This document shows positions 18,396 through 26,766 of a stretch of 64,000 nt of DNA, in pieces (the stretch's first letter is position 1; the number at the start of each line of letters is the position of its first letter). Below the pieces are notes generated by a model, which was not told where the DNA came from, did no database searches, and was given only the letters and a program-made list of their open reading frames with translations. This stretch comes from a virus. Location: the IMG/VR virus record IMGVR_UViG_3300028800_000012, positions 1-64,000 of that record; one strand, 5' to 3'. Both the position numbers and the translations under genes were made by a program.

Positions 18396-18489
18396 ACCTC
18401 CGTCTAACACCGATCCGTGTATATGTCAACGCCCTATCGTGTTGGACGGCGTGTTGGATTGTGACCGGGCCGAATGCCAAGTTCCGGCC
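18396..18489. promoter_or_regulatory. Divergent cro/cI promoter-operator region
   Basis: Direct repeats CGTGTTGGA at 18438..18446 and 18450..18458. The 20-bp element TAACACCGATCCGTGTATAT (18405..18424) recurs with one mismatch at 20085..20104. TTGACA reads on the minus strand. Confidence 0.6.
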
Positions 18490-19167
18490 ATGCAGAATCA
18501 GCGAAATCCCGGGGAAATCGTTAGGGATCGGCGCAAGGAATTGGGCTGGTCACAGACGCAACTCGCCAAAAAAGTCGGCTCGAACCAGCAGACGATCGGC
18601 AAAATTGAAAAAGGGCAGACGAAAAAATCTCCTCTTCTGCCGTTGATTGCCGTGGTTCTTGGAATCCCGATCGAGCGATTGGTTCCCGGAGTCAATGCGC
18701 TTGACCCAAATCAGGTGGCGCGAGAACTGCCGCGTTATGTTTTGGACAGCACACAGGTCCGCGAAACAGTTGCTGGTCGGCGTGACTTGCCGTTACACTC
18801 GATGGTGGAAGCTGGAAGTGGTGCGTTGGTAATGTCCTCCGATCCTGTTGATAGGATCGATCGACCCGACGTTTTGACATTCGTCAAAGACGCTTATGCC
18901 GTTATTGTCGTCGGCGACAGCATGTTCCCCGTTCTCAAGGCCGGCTACCGGGTGAAGGTTCACCCGCACACGGTTCCCCGTCCCGAGGACATCTGCCTGT
19001 TTATCCGCGATGAGAACGGCGAGTTCCACGCCACCATAAAGGAATATATCGGCCAAACTAAGGACGCCTGGAAGGTTCGCCGGTATCACCCCAAGGAAGA
19101 AACCATCCTGCTCAAAAAGCGCGAGTGGCCGCGCTGCGATGTGGTGGTCGGCGTCGATTACCGATGA
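18490..19167 (+). CDS. cI: CI-like repressor (HTH plus S24 LexA-like peptidase)
   Basis: Start moved to MQNQRNPGEIVRDRRKELGWSQTQLAKKVGSNQQTIGKIEKG (XRE HTH). The C-terminal VVGDSMFPVLKAGYRV fits the Ser motif of S24 peptidases. Confidence 0.85.
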   Translation: MQNQRNPGEIVRDRRKELGWSQTQLAKKVGSNQQTIGKIEKGQTKKSPLLPLIAVVLGIPIERLVPGVNALDPNQVARELPRYVLDSTQVRETVAGRRDLPLHSMVEAGSGALVMSSDPVDRIDRPDVLTFVKDAYAVIVVGDSMFPVLKAGYRVKVHPHTVPRPEDICLFIRDENGEFHATIKEYIGQTKDAWKVRRYHPKEETILLKKREWPRCDVVVGVDYR

Positions 19168-19577
19168 TCCCGTCCATTTCGCCATTAGAGCGGCATACGT
19201 TCGTTTTTTGTTCTAATCGGCTACCCCGCATAAGCTCAGCCGCTTTTATCGCATGGGCGGCGTTCTGTGGCGTTTCCAGCGCCCGCCCCGCCGAAGTCCA
19301 GACCGTCGACGGCGGCGTGGTCTGCCTGCGGCCGTTCGAATTGCGCGAAGGCATCGTCGCCGCCAACCGGAACGACCAAGCCTGGCTGCGTGAGCTGGGC
19401 TGTGTGAGGCTATCCGGCGGCATCCGCGCTGTCCTGATCGATCCGAACGCGGCCCCGGCGGCGCCGTGGCAGGTCCGCCTCTACCCGCCCGGCAAGCCGG
19501 ACGGGATCACCGGCTGGGGCTATGCGCCGAGTTTCCAGACCAGGGACGGCAAGCCGTTCTGGCCAGTCGGCCGGTAG
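19164..19577 (+). CDS. Secreted protein co-transcribed with cI
   Basis: ATGA-coupled to the cI stop. Signal-peptide-like SSAAFIAWAAFCGVSSARPAEV. Confidence 0.5.
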   Translation: MIPSISPLERHTFVFCSNRLPRISSAAFIAWAAFCGVSSARPAEVQTVDGGVVCLRPFELREGIVAANRNDQAWLRELGCVRLSGGIRAVLIDPNAAPAAPWQVRLYPPGKPDGITGWGYAPSFQTRDGKPFWPVGR

Positions 19578-20072
19578 CGGCGGAACTTTTCCCGGCCGCG
19601 CGCGAATTTTTTCGCTGGACAGCCTACTGTAATTACAACCTCTCCCCGTGGGGAGAGTCTAAGATATTGGAGAGACTATCCTATCTACAGTCTCTCAGTA
19701 TGGATAGACCTTACCATATGGAGAGTCAGTAAGCTTTACCTTATGGAGAGTCAGATATCTTATACAACCTCTGTGCCGCGTTGCTGCGCACGCAAATACA
19801 CGGCACTCTAACCAATTCCACGCACTTTTTAACGACACTCTGTTCACGTTTTGTTACATAGCGTTTCAGTGCCGTATCACAGAGACATTAGATCACAAAA
19901 TATTACAATCCATTACATTTAGGCCGTGTTCCTTGGTCTATTCAGCAGGCATTGCCATACGGCACGTCCTCTCCAAAACCGCTATTCAGAAAGGGTTTTT
20001 TGCCGGCGGCGCGGCTGGGCGGGATGCCGCCGTCAACAAAAATCAGGGTCAACCTTAACCGACACACTTTTT
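19578..20072. other. AT-rich, repeat-dense noncoding island
   Basis: No credible ORF and visibly lower GC. Inverted repeat CTCTCCCC/GGGGAGAG (19640..19657). 19-bp direct repeat TTACCWTATGGAGAGTCAG (19711..19729 and 19736..19754). GAGAGACT/AGTCTCTC inverted repeat. Four GTGCCG/CGGCAC sites. Confidence 0.7.
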
Positions 20073-20105
20073 GGTGTTGACCAATAACACCGTTCCGTGT
20101 ATATC
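20073..20105 (+). promoter_or_regulatory. Early-left operon promoter with overlapping palindromic operator
   Basis: TTGACC (20077..20082), a 17-nt spacer, then TATATC (20100..20105). Palindrome GGTGTT...AACACC spans 20073..20091. Shares the 20-bp element with the cI/cro region. Confidence 0.6.
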
Positions 20106-20132
20106 TGGCGTTGTCAATCGGAGACGACGCGA

Positions 20133-20495
20133 ATGACGGGGGTCTTGACCTTTCGTTTCGAGGAACTGCCGTTGGTCGACGAGGGCGGCTTCGAGGCCGG
20201 CTTTGTCGATGGAGAAGCGGAGATATCCTTCTACCCCGAAGGGGAATGGTTCATCCGCTCTATCTCGGTTGAAGCATTGGACTTCAAGTCGGCGGTCATT
20301 CCGAAGCCGACCCGCATGGTCGAGATCGACCGCAACACCGAACTCTACCTGAACATCTTCGACAACTTGGAGCGGGGCCGCTTCCGCGACGCCATCGAAA
20401 GCGATGTGCAGACGGCGCTCGCATCGGCAGCGGAAGACGAGGCCGCTGGTCGCGGCGATGCCGGCCACAAGCGGCACAAGGCGGAGGCGATGTGA
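20133..20495 (+). CDS. Hypothetical protein (120 aa)
   Basis: Start moved to the ATG behind GGAGA (MTGVLTFRFEELPLVDEGG...). Confidence 0.55.
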   Translation: MTGVLTFRFEELPLVDEGGFEAGFVDGEAEISFYPEGEWFIRSISVEALDFKSAVIPKPTRMVEIDRNTELYLNIFDNLERGRFRDAIESDVQTALASAAEDEAAGRGDAGHKRHKAEAM

Positions 20496-20728
20496 TGGCG
20501 TTGTCACCGAAAACCGAAGCCGCGCTGGACGACCTTGAGTCCAACAGCCGCGAACTCGGCTTTGTGCGCGGCCTCGCGACGGCCGCCGAACTCGTCGCCG
20601 CTGCCGGCCAGATCGGACTGTCGATGCAGATCGCGATCCTGACCATGCGCCCGGAACTGGCGCACCTCGACGCGGAGTCCAGAAAGATTGCGACGCGGCT
20701 CGCAAAACAGAGCGGAGCCGCCGCATGA
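20492..20728 (+). CDS. Hypothetical protein (78 aa)
   Basis: Track ORF, ATGA-coupled. Confidence 0.5.
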   Translation: MMALSPKTEAALDDLESNSRELGFVRGLATAAELVAAAGQIGLSMQIAILTMRPELAHLDAESRKIATRLAKQSGAAA

Positions 20729-20778
20729 AACGTCGCATGCTTATCCGGTTAACGCACACAAACGCTGAGGCATACTAG

Positions 20779-21810
20779 ATGTTGATGCCAGAAACTCTTG
20801 ATCTTTTCAGCGGAGCTGTCGGCGGATGGTCGCTCGGAATGCACCGCGCCGGATTTCGCACCGTCGCGGCCTGCGAAGCCGACCCATGGAGACGCGCCGT
20901 CTATGCCCACAACAATCCGGGAATCCCGATCTACGACGATGTCAGAACCGTCACGGCAGATCGACTTCGGATCGATCTTGGAGAGCTTCCGCCCGTCATC
21001 GTCGGAAGCCCTCCCTGTCAGGACGCCAGCAGCGCCAACACAAAGGGGCGCGGCGTCGATGGCGAGCGCACGGGCCTCTTCTTCGAAGCAATCCGCATCG
21101 TCCGAGAATGCCGACCTCGCTGGGCGGCTTTTGAGAACAGCCCTATGCTCCGAACTCGGGGCTATGACCGGCTCTACGATGCGTTTCAGCAAGCGGGATA
21201 CGCCTGCTGGCCGCTCGTGGTGGGTGCTGACGACCTCGAAGCCCCGCACAAACGAAAGCGCGTCTGGATCATCGCTTTCAACGCCGAAGGCGTCCGACCC
21301 TTATGCTGGCGGTCATGGCGACACCGGCTGGAAGGGATCGCTGGCGCATCAGCTTCGCGGCACGATCCTGACGCCGACATCGATCCAGGGCGAGTTTGGG
21401 CACCGCCTTCGAACGCTGACCGAGACGGCGTTGCCGGACAACGCGCGGCCGAAGCGCCCGAGGAATCTGGACATAGGCAAACTGCCAACGCCGACAGCAC
21501 GGGATCATCGCTCGGGGAAAGCCTCGGAGGCCACGCGCGCGCGCAATTCGAGGCCCTTGAGCGAGCAGTTGGACCAGCGGTCCATGCTTGGAACGGCGGC
21601 GTTGCTCGGCATCTCGGAATGGCTCATGGGCTTGCCGCCCGGCTGGCTGACATCCGCGTGCCTGACCACAAATATCCCGGAGCCACCATCAACGCCGCGA
21701 AGGCGTGCATCTCCGCGCACGGCGACGCCATCCTCCCGCAAATCGCGGAAGCCATCGGACGAAGCATCCTGAGAACCGAAGCGGCGCTGGCCGCCGTTTC
21801 AGGACATTGA
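20779..21810 (+). CDS. DNA (cytosine-5) methyltransferase (central region apparently frame-shifted)
   Basis: Motif I DLFSGAVGG, motif IV SPPCQ, motif VI FENS, motif VIII RKRVWIIA and motif X HGDAILPQIAEAIG all lie in this frame. The TRD-type motifs KLPTPTARD and SEWLMGLPPGW lie in the +1 frame (track ORF 20798..21772). Confidence 0.75.
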   Translation: MLMPETLDLFSGAVGGWSLGMHRAGFRTVAACEADPWRRAVYAHNNPGIPIYDDVRTVTADRLRIDLGELPPVIVGSPPCQDASSANTKGRGVDGERTGLFFEAIRIVRECRPRWAAFENSPMLRTRGYDRLYDAFQQAGYACWPLVVGADDLEAPHKRKRVWIIAFNAEGVRPLCWRSWRHRLEGIAGASASRHDPDADIDPGRVWAPPSNADRDGVAGQRAAEAPEESGHRQTANADSTGSSLGESLGGHARAQFEALERAVGPAVHAWNGGVARHLGMAHGLAARLADIRVPDHKYPGATINAAKACISAHGDAILPQIAEAIGRSILRTEAALAAVSGH

Positions 21811-21816
21811 ACTAAA

Positions 21817-22056
21817 ATGACGCATTCCATCGGGAAACCACATACGAACGTCGTCGATCGAGAGGATTTTACGATGACCACAACATCTAGGGCTGTGTGT
21901 GGCAACCGGATAAGCATGAAACGTCTCAACGACTGCGGCTTCCGCGCCTCATCGCCGCACAGTTTCGGCGCCTGTGCGCTGGTTGATTTGGCTTTGATTG
22001 CCGGCGGCATCGTCGCGATCTCAATCGTGCAATGGTTCGTGGGGGCGATGTCGTGA
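21817..22056 (+). CDS. Possible small membrane protein
   Basis: Track ORF with a C-terminal TM segment (ALVDLALIAGGIVAISIVQWFV). Start uncertain. Confidence 0.3.
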   Translation: MTHSIGKPHTNVVDREDFTMTTTSRAVCGNRISMKRLNDCGFRASSPHSFGACALVDLALIAGGIVAISIVQWFVGAMS

Positions 22057-22280
22057 GCGGCAATCTTCAAATCCTGCCCTGCCCGTTCTGCGGCGGGCCT
22101 GCCGAAGTCGAACAGGTCGGCGTAGGCGATGAATATGTGACGTTCACGGTCGGCTGCAATGAGAGCGGCGGAACTATCGAATGCATGGGGTATCAGTCGC
22201 TTTCGACGTATCCAACGCGTAAGGCGGCCATCGCCGCGTGGAATACGCGCGCTCCGATTCAAATCGGAGCCGCCGCATGA
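22053..22280 (+). CDS. lar: Lar-family restriction alleviation protein
   Basis: GTG start. LPCPFCGGPAEV...VGC...C...AAIAAWNTR matches the Lar family pattern. Confidence 0.65.
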   Translation: MSGNLQILPCPFCGGPAEVEQVGVGDEYVTFTVGCNESGGTIECMGYQSLSTYPTRKAAIAAWNTRAPIQIGAAA

Positions 22281-22501
22281 CCAAATCCATTACCATGCAG
22301 ATGGCGGCGGACGACGTTGGCCGGATTGCGGAAGCGGTCGATGCTTTAGGAAAGATGCTCGATAGGTTTCATTCCGAGCATGGGCCGATCTTATACGAGG
22401 AATTGGAGCGGGCGTGGCCTGATGCGATGAACTTTGGCGGTCCTGCAGCGCGACCGCTTTATGAACTCGAACGCAAGTGGACGCCGCCGCATGACCAATG
22501 A
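22277..22501 (+). CDS. Hypothetical protein (74 aa)
   Basis: Internal ATG, ATGA-coupled (MTKSITMQMAADDVGR...). Confidence 0.5.
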   Translation: MTKSITMQMAADDVGRIAEAVDALGKMLDRFHSEHGPILYEELERAWPDAMNFGGPAARPLYELERKWTPPHDQ

Positions 22502-22706
22502 CGAAATCGCCCTACGCGGCAAGATCGCCGGTCTGGAATCGTCGGCGCGCATTTACGGCCGCGCCTATGACAGCGCACGCGCCGAATCCAAAGACCTCAC
22601 AGCAACACGAATGCTGCGCTACTTGCGCGATGCAACTGATGCCGAATTGGTGGCGGCGGTGGAAGAACTCGGGCGCATGACGATGACGGAGGACGTGCTG
22701 CAGTGA
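22491..22706 (+). CDS. Hypothetical protein (71 aa)
   Basis: Internal ATG (MTNDEIALRGKIAGLESS...). Confidence 0.45.
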   Translation: MTNDEIALRGKIAGLESSARIYGRAYDSARAESKDLTATRMLRYLRDATDAELVAAVEELGRMTMTEDVLQ

Positions 22707-22912
22707 CGCCGCGCCAATCCCGCATCGAATACTTACGCGGCAAACGCGCCATCTACGAGCGCCTGGGCAAGCGGAAGAAGCTTATCAAGATCGATGCGGA
22801 ACTGGAGCCGCTCGTAACGGCAGAACTTGCGGAAGAAAACTTAGCGGCGAGCATCGCCGCCGATTTGGAATGGATCGGCGGCGGATGTGATCGAATGGGA
22901 GAGGCGGCGTGA
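22703..22912 (+). CDS. Hypothetical protein (69 aa)
   Basis: Track ORF with coupled overlaps on both sides. Confidence 0.5.
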   Translation: MTPRQSRIEYLRGKRAIYERLGKRKKLIKIDAELEPLVTAELAEENLAASIAADLEWIGGGCDRMGEAA

Positions 22913-23829
22913 GTGAAAGGCTTGGTATCTATTTCGGGCTATCAGAAGCGGACTACTTTTCCGATCCGGCCATCAGTTCGACGGACATCCGACGACTTCT
23001 CAAATCGGCCCCGGACTACTGGTTTCTGTCACCATGGAATCCGTTGAAGCCGTCCGACGATCCGACGCCGAGCCAGTATTTCGGTCGAGCCGTGCATCGT
23101 TTTGTCCTCGAAGGCGAGGCGGCGTTTATGTCGGCATACGCGCCGACAGACTTTCCTGGGAACAGGAAGGAAGGGAAAGCGGAACGAGAGGCTATCGAAG
23201 CGGCTGGAAAGCTGCCGATCAAACGCGACGACTTCAACCGCATCGCGCAGTCGGCGCAGATGATCCGCGCGAATGAACATCTACGAGACGCCTTCCAGAA
23301 CGGGCACCACGAAGTCAGCGTCTTTTGGAAACGGGACGACGGGCTCCGGCTTAAATGCCGGATGGACTATCTCAAAATCCGCGCTGTTACGGATTTGAAG
23401 TCGACGCGCAACACGCGACAACTCGACTTTGCGCAAGCCTGCATCCGGTCCATGTGCGACTACCATTATGAAATCCAGGCGGAGCATTACCTTGAAGGCC
23501 GCCGGGCAGTGCGTGATCTGTGGCGCGACCGGCTCGTCTTTGGCGACCATGACGCCGGCTGGATGAAGAAGGTCGCCAATTCGCACGAAGCGGCCTTCGT
23601 TTTTGTCTTTTGGCAAGCCGAAGGGGCGCCGATTACGTGGTCGTGCTCGCTGTCTCCCGGCAATCCGATTTTGGAGACGGCGCGGCGCGAGATCGAGTTT
23701 GCATTTAGCCGCTATCGAGATTTTGAGAGCCGCTTCGGCCTCAATGCGCCGTGGGTACTGCTCGACCCGGTGAAGGAATTGTCGGCCGATGAATTGCCGG
23801 CGTGGGCGATGGTGAACAGGGCGGCATAG
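22909..23829 (+). CDS. PD-(D/E)XK exonuclease, RecE / exonuclease VIII-like
   Basis: GRAVHRFVLEGEAAF, then CRMDYL...VTDLKST and YHYEIQAEHY, fit the PD-(D/E)XK recombination exonuclease pattern. Confidence 0.75.
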   Translation: MSERLGIYFGLSEADYFSDPAISSTDIRRLLKSAPDYWFLSPWNPLKPSDDPTPSQYFGRAVHRFVLEGEAAFMSAYAPTDFPGNRKEGKAEREAIEAAGKLPIKRDDFNRIAQSAQMIRANEHLRDAFQNGHHEVSVFWKRDDGLRLKCRMDYLKIRAVTDLKSTRNTRQLDFAQACIRSMCDYHYEIQAEHYLEGRRAVRDLWRDRLVFGDHDAGWMKKVANSHEAAFVFVFWQAEGAPITWSCSLSPGNPILETARREIEFAFSRYRDFESRFGLNAPWVLLDPVKELSADELPAWAMVNRAA

Positions 23830-23838
23830 GGACGCAAC

Positions 23839-24894
23839 ATGTCAAACGCTGAAATTCTCGATGAGGCAGAAGACGCCCCGTCTACCTCAATAGACGTGAC
23901 CGATGCGTCGCTGGCGGTCGGGCTGACCCGCGCCGAAATTGACACGCAGATCGCAACGGCGCGCAAGTTTCCGCGGCACCTCAGGGCCGTGCAAAACCGG
24001 CTGATGTCATACGTCACGCTCGACGAGGAGACGGCCGCAGAGTGTTTATACGCGCTACCCAGAGCAGGGAAGCCCATCAAGGGGCCGAGCATCCGGTTTG
24101 CCGAAGCTCTGAAAGCGTCGTTCGGCAATTGTCGCGCCGCAGCTCGTGTGGTGCATGTCGACCGCACGGAGAAAGTCGTCATCGCCCAAGGCGTGTTTCA
24201 TGACCTGGAGACGAACTCGGCGAGTTCGGCGGAAGTTCGCCGCCGCATCGTCGACAAGCGGGGCCGCATCTACAACGACGATATGATCAACGTCACTGGC
24301 AACGCCGCATGTTCGATCGCGCTGCGTAATGCGATCCTAGGCGGCGTCCCGAAGGCGTTATGGCGCGGCGCTTATGCGTCGGTGGAGAGCATCGTCACTG
24401 GCGACTTGGCTACGCTCTCTGTCACGCGCGACAAGGCCGTAAAGGCTCTCGCTGCGTTCGGCGCAACACCGGAGCAAGTCTTCGCTGCGCTTGGCGTCGG
24501 GAGCGCGGAAGAAATCGCTGCCGAGCACATCCCTATCCTGCGTGGCATGTTTGCCGCTCTTAAGAACGGTGAGGCGACGGCGGAGGAAATGTTCGCCAAG
24601 GTTACGACGGAGCCGGCGCATGCCGTTGTTGCAAATCCACTCAGCGACGCGGCGCCGGTCGAACAACTTGCATCGGAACCATCGAAAGAGGATGCCCCGG
24701 CACAGAAGAAAGACGCGCCGCCCGCCGATCTTCTCGTCGAATACGACAAGGCATTTCTAGCCTGCAAGACAGCCGAAGCGCATACAGAAGTCGTCGAACG
24801 GTTTGCGGCGCGGATAGGAGAATTGAAAGCGCCGCAGAAGAAGACTGCGGAGGCTATCGCGGCGCGTCATCTGGAGCGGGTGACGGAGGCGTAA
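23839..24894 (+). CDS. Putative single-strand annealing (recombinase) protein
   Basis: 351 aa, immediately downstream of the exonuclease, with a low-complexity acidic/Ala-rich tail. The function is inferred from gene order, and I could not place the family. Confidence 0.4.
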   Translation: MSNAEILDEAEDAPSTSIDVTDASLAVGLTRAEIDTQIATARKFPRHLRAVQNRLMSYVTLDEETAAECLYALPRAGKPIKGPSIRFAEALKASFGNCRAAARVVHVDRTEKVVIAQGVFHDLETNSASSAEVRRRIVDKRGRIYNDDMINVTGNAACSIALRNAILGGVPKALWRGAYASVESIVTGDLATLSVTRDKAVKALAAFGATPEQVFAALGVGSAEEIAAEHIPILRGMFAALKNGEATAEEMFAKVTTEPAHAVVANPLSDAAPVEQLASEPSKEDAPAQKKDAPPADLLVEYDKAFLACKTAEAHTEVVERFAARIGELKAPQKKTAEAIAARHLERVTEA

Positions 24895-25146
24895 ATGAAG
24901 AAATGCCAGGATTGCAAATGGTGTTCCGAACCTGGACGGTTTGCCAAATGTAATGCGCCGCAAAATAGGACTACGCGCGGCTGGGATTCTGGGGTTTCAC
25001 TCGTCGCTGACGGGCTGGTGCCGGAAGACGTGCGACGATGGGAGCATTGCGCAGTCCACCGCAATTGCGGGTGGATCGGCGCACGCATAACGAATTCGTG
25101 CGGACGTGAGGCCCGGTGGTTCGTCAATGCACAGACAGTGCCATGA
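24895..25146 (+). CDS. Cys-rich hypothetical protein (83 aa)
   Basis: MKKCQDCKWCSE...CNAP...HCAVHRNCGW. Confidence 0.45.
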   Translation: MKKCQDCKWCSEPGRFAKCNAPQNRTTRGWDSGVSLVADGLVPEDVRRWEHCAVHRNCGWIGARITNSCGREARWFVNAQTVP

Positions 25147-25586
25147 TCCTCGCCGCGCATATCCTAACCATCAACGGACATCCATATTCGGTCCATTGCA
25201 TCGGTGCCGAAGGATCGGAAGTCGTCTGTCAAATCGGGCCGGCACTGGTACGGCCGGATGGATGGAGAATCCCCGAAGGCTTGCCGCGCACGCATCGCCA
25301 ATGCGTGAATTGGGGATTGCCGATGCGAGAGCTATTGGCGGCAGTGCTTCGCATGTCGGAACTTGCGAACGTGTTCGTGGCCCACGACTTCGCCGAACTC
25401 GACGCCAACATGCGGACATGGGCGGCTGGCGATAAGGCTTTGGCGGCGAGGCTTGATCCGTGGACAAGGCCAGGCCCAGAGCGCGTCGATACGGCGCCGA
25501 TGATTTTGGAGGCGCAGCCGAAAGACGCCGCCGATGTGCTTGCCGCCTATTTCAAAATGCGCGAGTCTGGAGGGATGGCCGCATGA
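25143..25586 (+). CDS. Hypothetical protein (147 aa)
   Basis: Internal ATG, ATGA-coupled (MILAAHILTINGHPYSV...). Confidence 0.45.
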   Translation: MILAAHILTINGHPYSVHCIGAEGSEVVCQIGPALVRPDGWRIPEGLPRTHRQCVNWGLPMRELLAAVLRMSELANVFVAHDFAELDANMRTWAAGDKALAARLDPWTRPGPERVDTAPMILEAQPKDAADVLAAYFKMRESGGMAA

Positions 25587-26005
25587 AACGTAAAAGACCG
25601 TTCATGCCTCTTGCTGTGAAGTTGGAGGCGGCGATTCTCCAATTGGGTCTTAACCCGCGTGCCGTCGAGTATCACCACGACCCGGAACTAGAAGTTCGAC
25701 CGTTCGACCCGATAACGAATCAATACTCCCCGGCAGCGAATGATGCGAAATATATTCGCGTGGTGAGTGTCGCCGAGCACGCTAACATCACTAACAAAGA
25801 CAACGGCACCGGACGATCTTCAAAAACTCTCGTGGCGCATGTGCGGCGCTCCGTTTCCGAGCATCAGCGGCATACAATTGCGATGGCGGCCAAGGTTCTT
25901 GGAACGCCAGCACCGCAAGATGATAAGCCGAGAAGAAAATGGGCGACCCGCAAGTTCAACTCGAAGGGACGAAATCCTATGCGCGGAAAGTCAGCCAAAC
26001 AATAG
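25583..26005 (+). CDS. Hypothetical basic protein (possible HNH-like fold)
   Basis: Internal ATG, ATGA-coupled (MKRKRPFMPLAVKLEAA...EYHHDPEL...AEHANITNKDNG). The nuclease call is weak. Confidence 0.35.
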   Translation: MKRKRPFMPLAVKLEAAILQLGLNPRAVEYHHDPELEVRPFDPITNQYSPAANDAKYIRVVSVAEHANITNKDNGTGRSSKTLVAHVRRSVSEHQRHTIAMAAKVLGTPAPQDDKPRRKWATRKFNSKGRNPMRGKSAKQ

Positions 26006-26035
26006 TAACAGCCACAGCATGCGATTTATGAGAAA

Positions 26036-26632
26036 ATGACCGATCCGTTCCACAATCTCCCCAAAGGCCACTTCGACGCGATCCTTGCGGACCCGCCGTG
26101 GTCGTTTGAGGTTTGGTCCGGCAAGGGAAAAGCCCGCTCAGCCGAAAACCATTACGACACCATGACCATGCGCGAGATTGCACGGCTTCCTGTCGATGAA
26201 GTGGCCGCTCCAGATTGCGCGCTGTTCATGTGGTGCTGCTGGCCGTCGATTGGTGACGCGCTACGCATCATTGACGCATGGGGTTTCACCTACAAGACGT
26301 GCGCCTTCTCTTGGATGAAGGCAGATCCATGCCGGCTCTTTGCCGACGATAAAACGCCGTTCGCCGGCATGGGCTACTGGACACGCGCCAATACCGAGCC
26401 GTGTTTGCTGGCAACGCGAGGGAAGCCCAAGCGAATAAACGCTGACGTTCGCCAGGGCATCATTGCCCCGCGCCGCGAGCACAGCCGCAAGCCTGACGAG
26501 ATTCATGAGCGCGTTGAGCGCCTAGTCAGCGGTCCTTATCTGGAGCTGTTCGCCCGCGCGCCGCGCGACAGTTGGACCGTCTGGGGAAACCAAACCGACA
26601 AGTTTTCTCCGGTGACGGAGGCGGCCGAATGA
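26036..26632 (+). CDS. MT-A70 family N6-adenine DNA methyltransferase
   Basis: Catalytic DPPW motif (ILADPPWSF) and conserved EHSRKPDE. 198 aa. Confidence 0.85.
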   Translation: MTDPFHNLPKGHFDAILADPPWSFEVWSGKGKARSAENHYDTMTMREIARLPVDEVAAPDCALFMWCCWPSIGDALRIIDAWGFTYKTCAFSWMKADPCRLFADDKTPFAGMGYWTRANTEPCLLATRGKPKRINADVRQGIIAPRREHSRKPDEIHERVERLVSGPYLELFARAPRDSWTVWGNQTDKFSPVTEAAE

Positions 26633-26766
26633 GAACCTACGTCGTCAAATACATCACCGCCGACGACTGCCCGCTTTACGACCTGCTTGGGTGGAAGATC
26701 ACATTTTACGGAACGCGAAGCTGCATCGGGCCGTGCTTCATCGCATCGTTCTTATGCAGAAAGTAA
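26629..26766 (+). CDS. Small hypothetical protein (45 aa)
   Basis: ATGA-coupled ATG inside track ORF 26572..26766 (MRTYVVKYITADDCPLYDLLGWK...). Confidence 0.35.
   Translation: MRTYVVKYITADDCPLYDLLGWKITFYGTRSCIGPCFIASFLCRK

Noticed and set aside
19640-19657. CTCTCCCC-GT-GGGGAGAG inverted repeat considered as the terminator of the cI operon
   Set aside because: There is no following T-run and the loop is only 2-4 nt. It is kept as part of the repeat-rich island rather than called a terminator.
19466-19732. 88-aa ORF running from the end of 19164..19577 into the AT-rich island
   Set aside because: It overlaps the better-supported secreted-protein frame and then reads through repeat DNA. The composition changes abruptly, so it is likely non-coding.
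20798-21772. 324-aa ORF overlapping the C5-MTase gene, considered as an independent gene
   Set aside because: It has no independent start context, and its N- and C-terminal parts are featureless. Only its central part carries MTase variable-region motifs, so I treat it as the displaced frame of the same gene (see finding).
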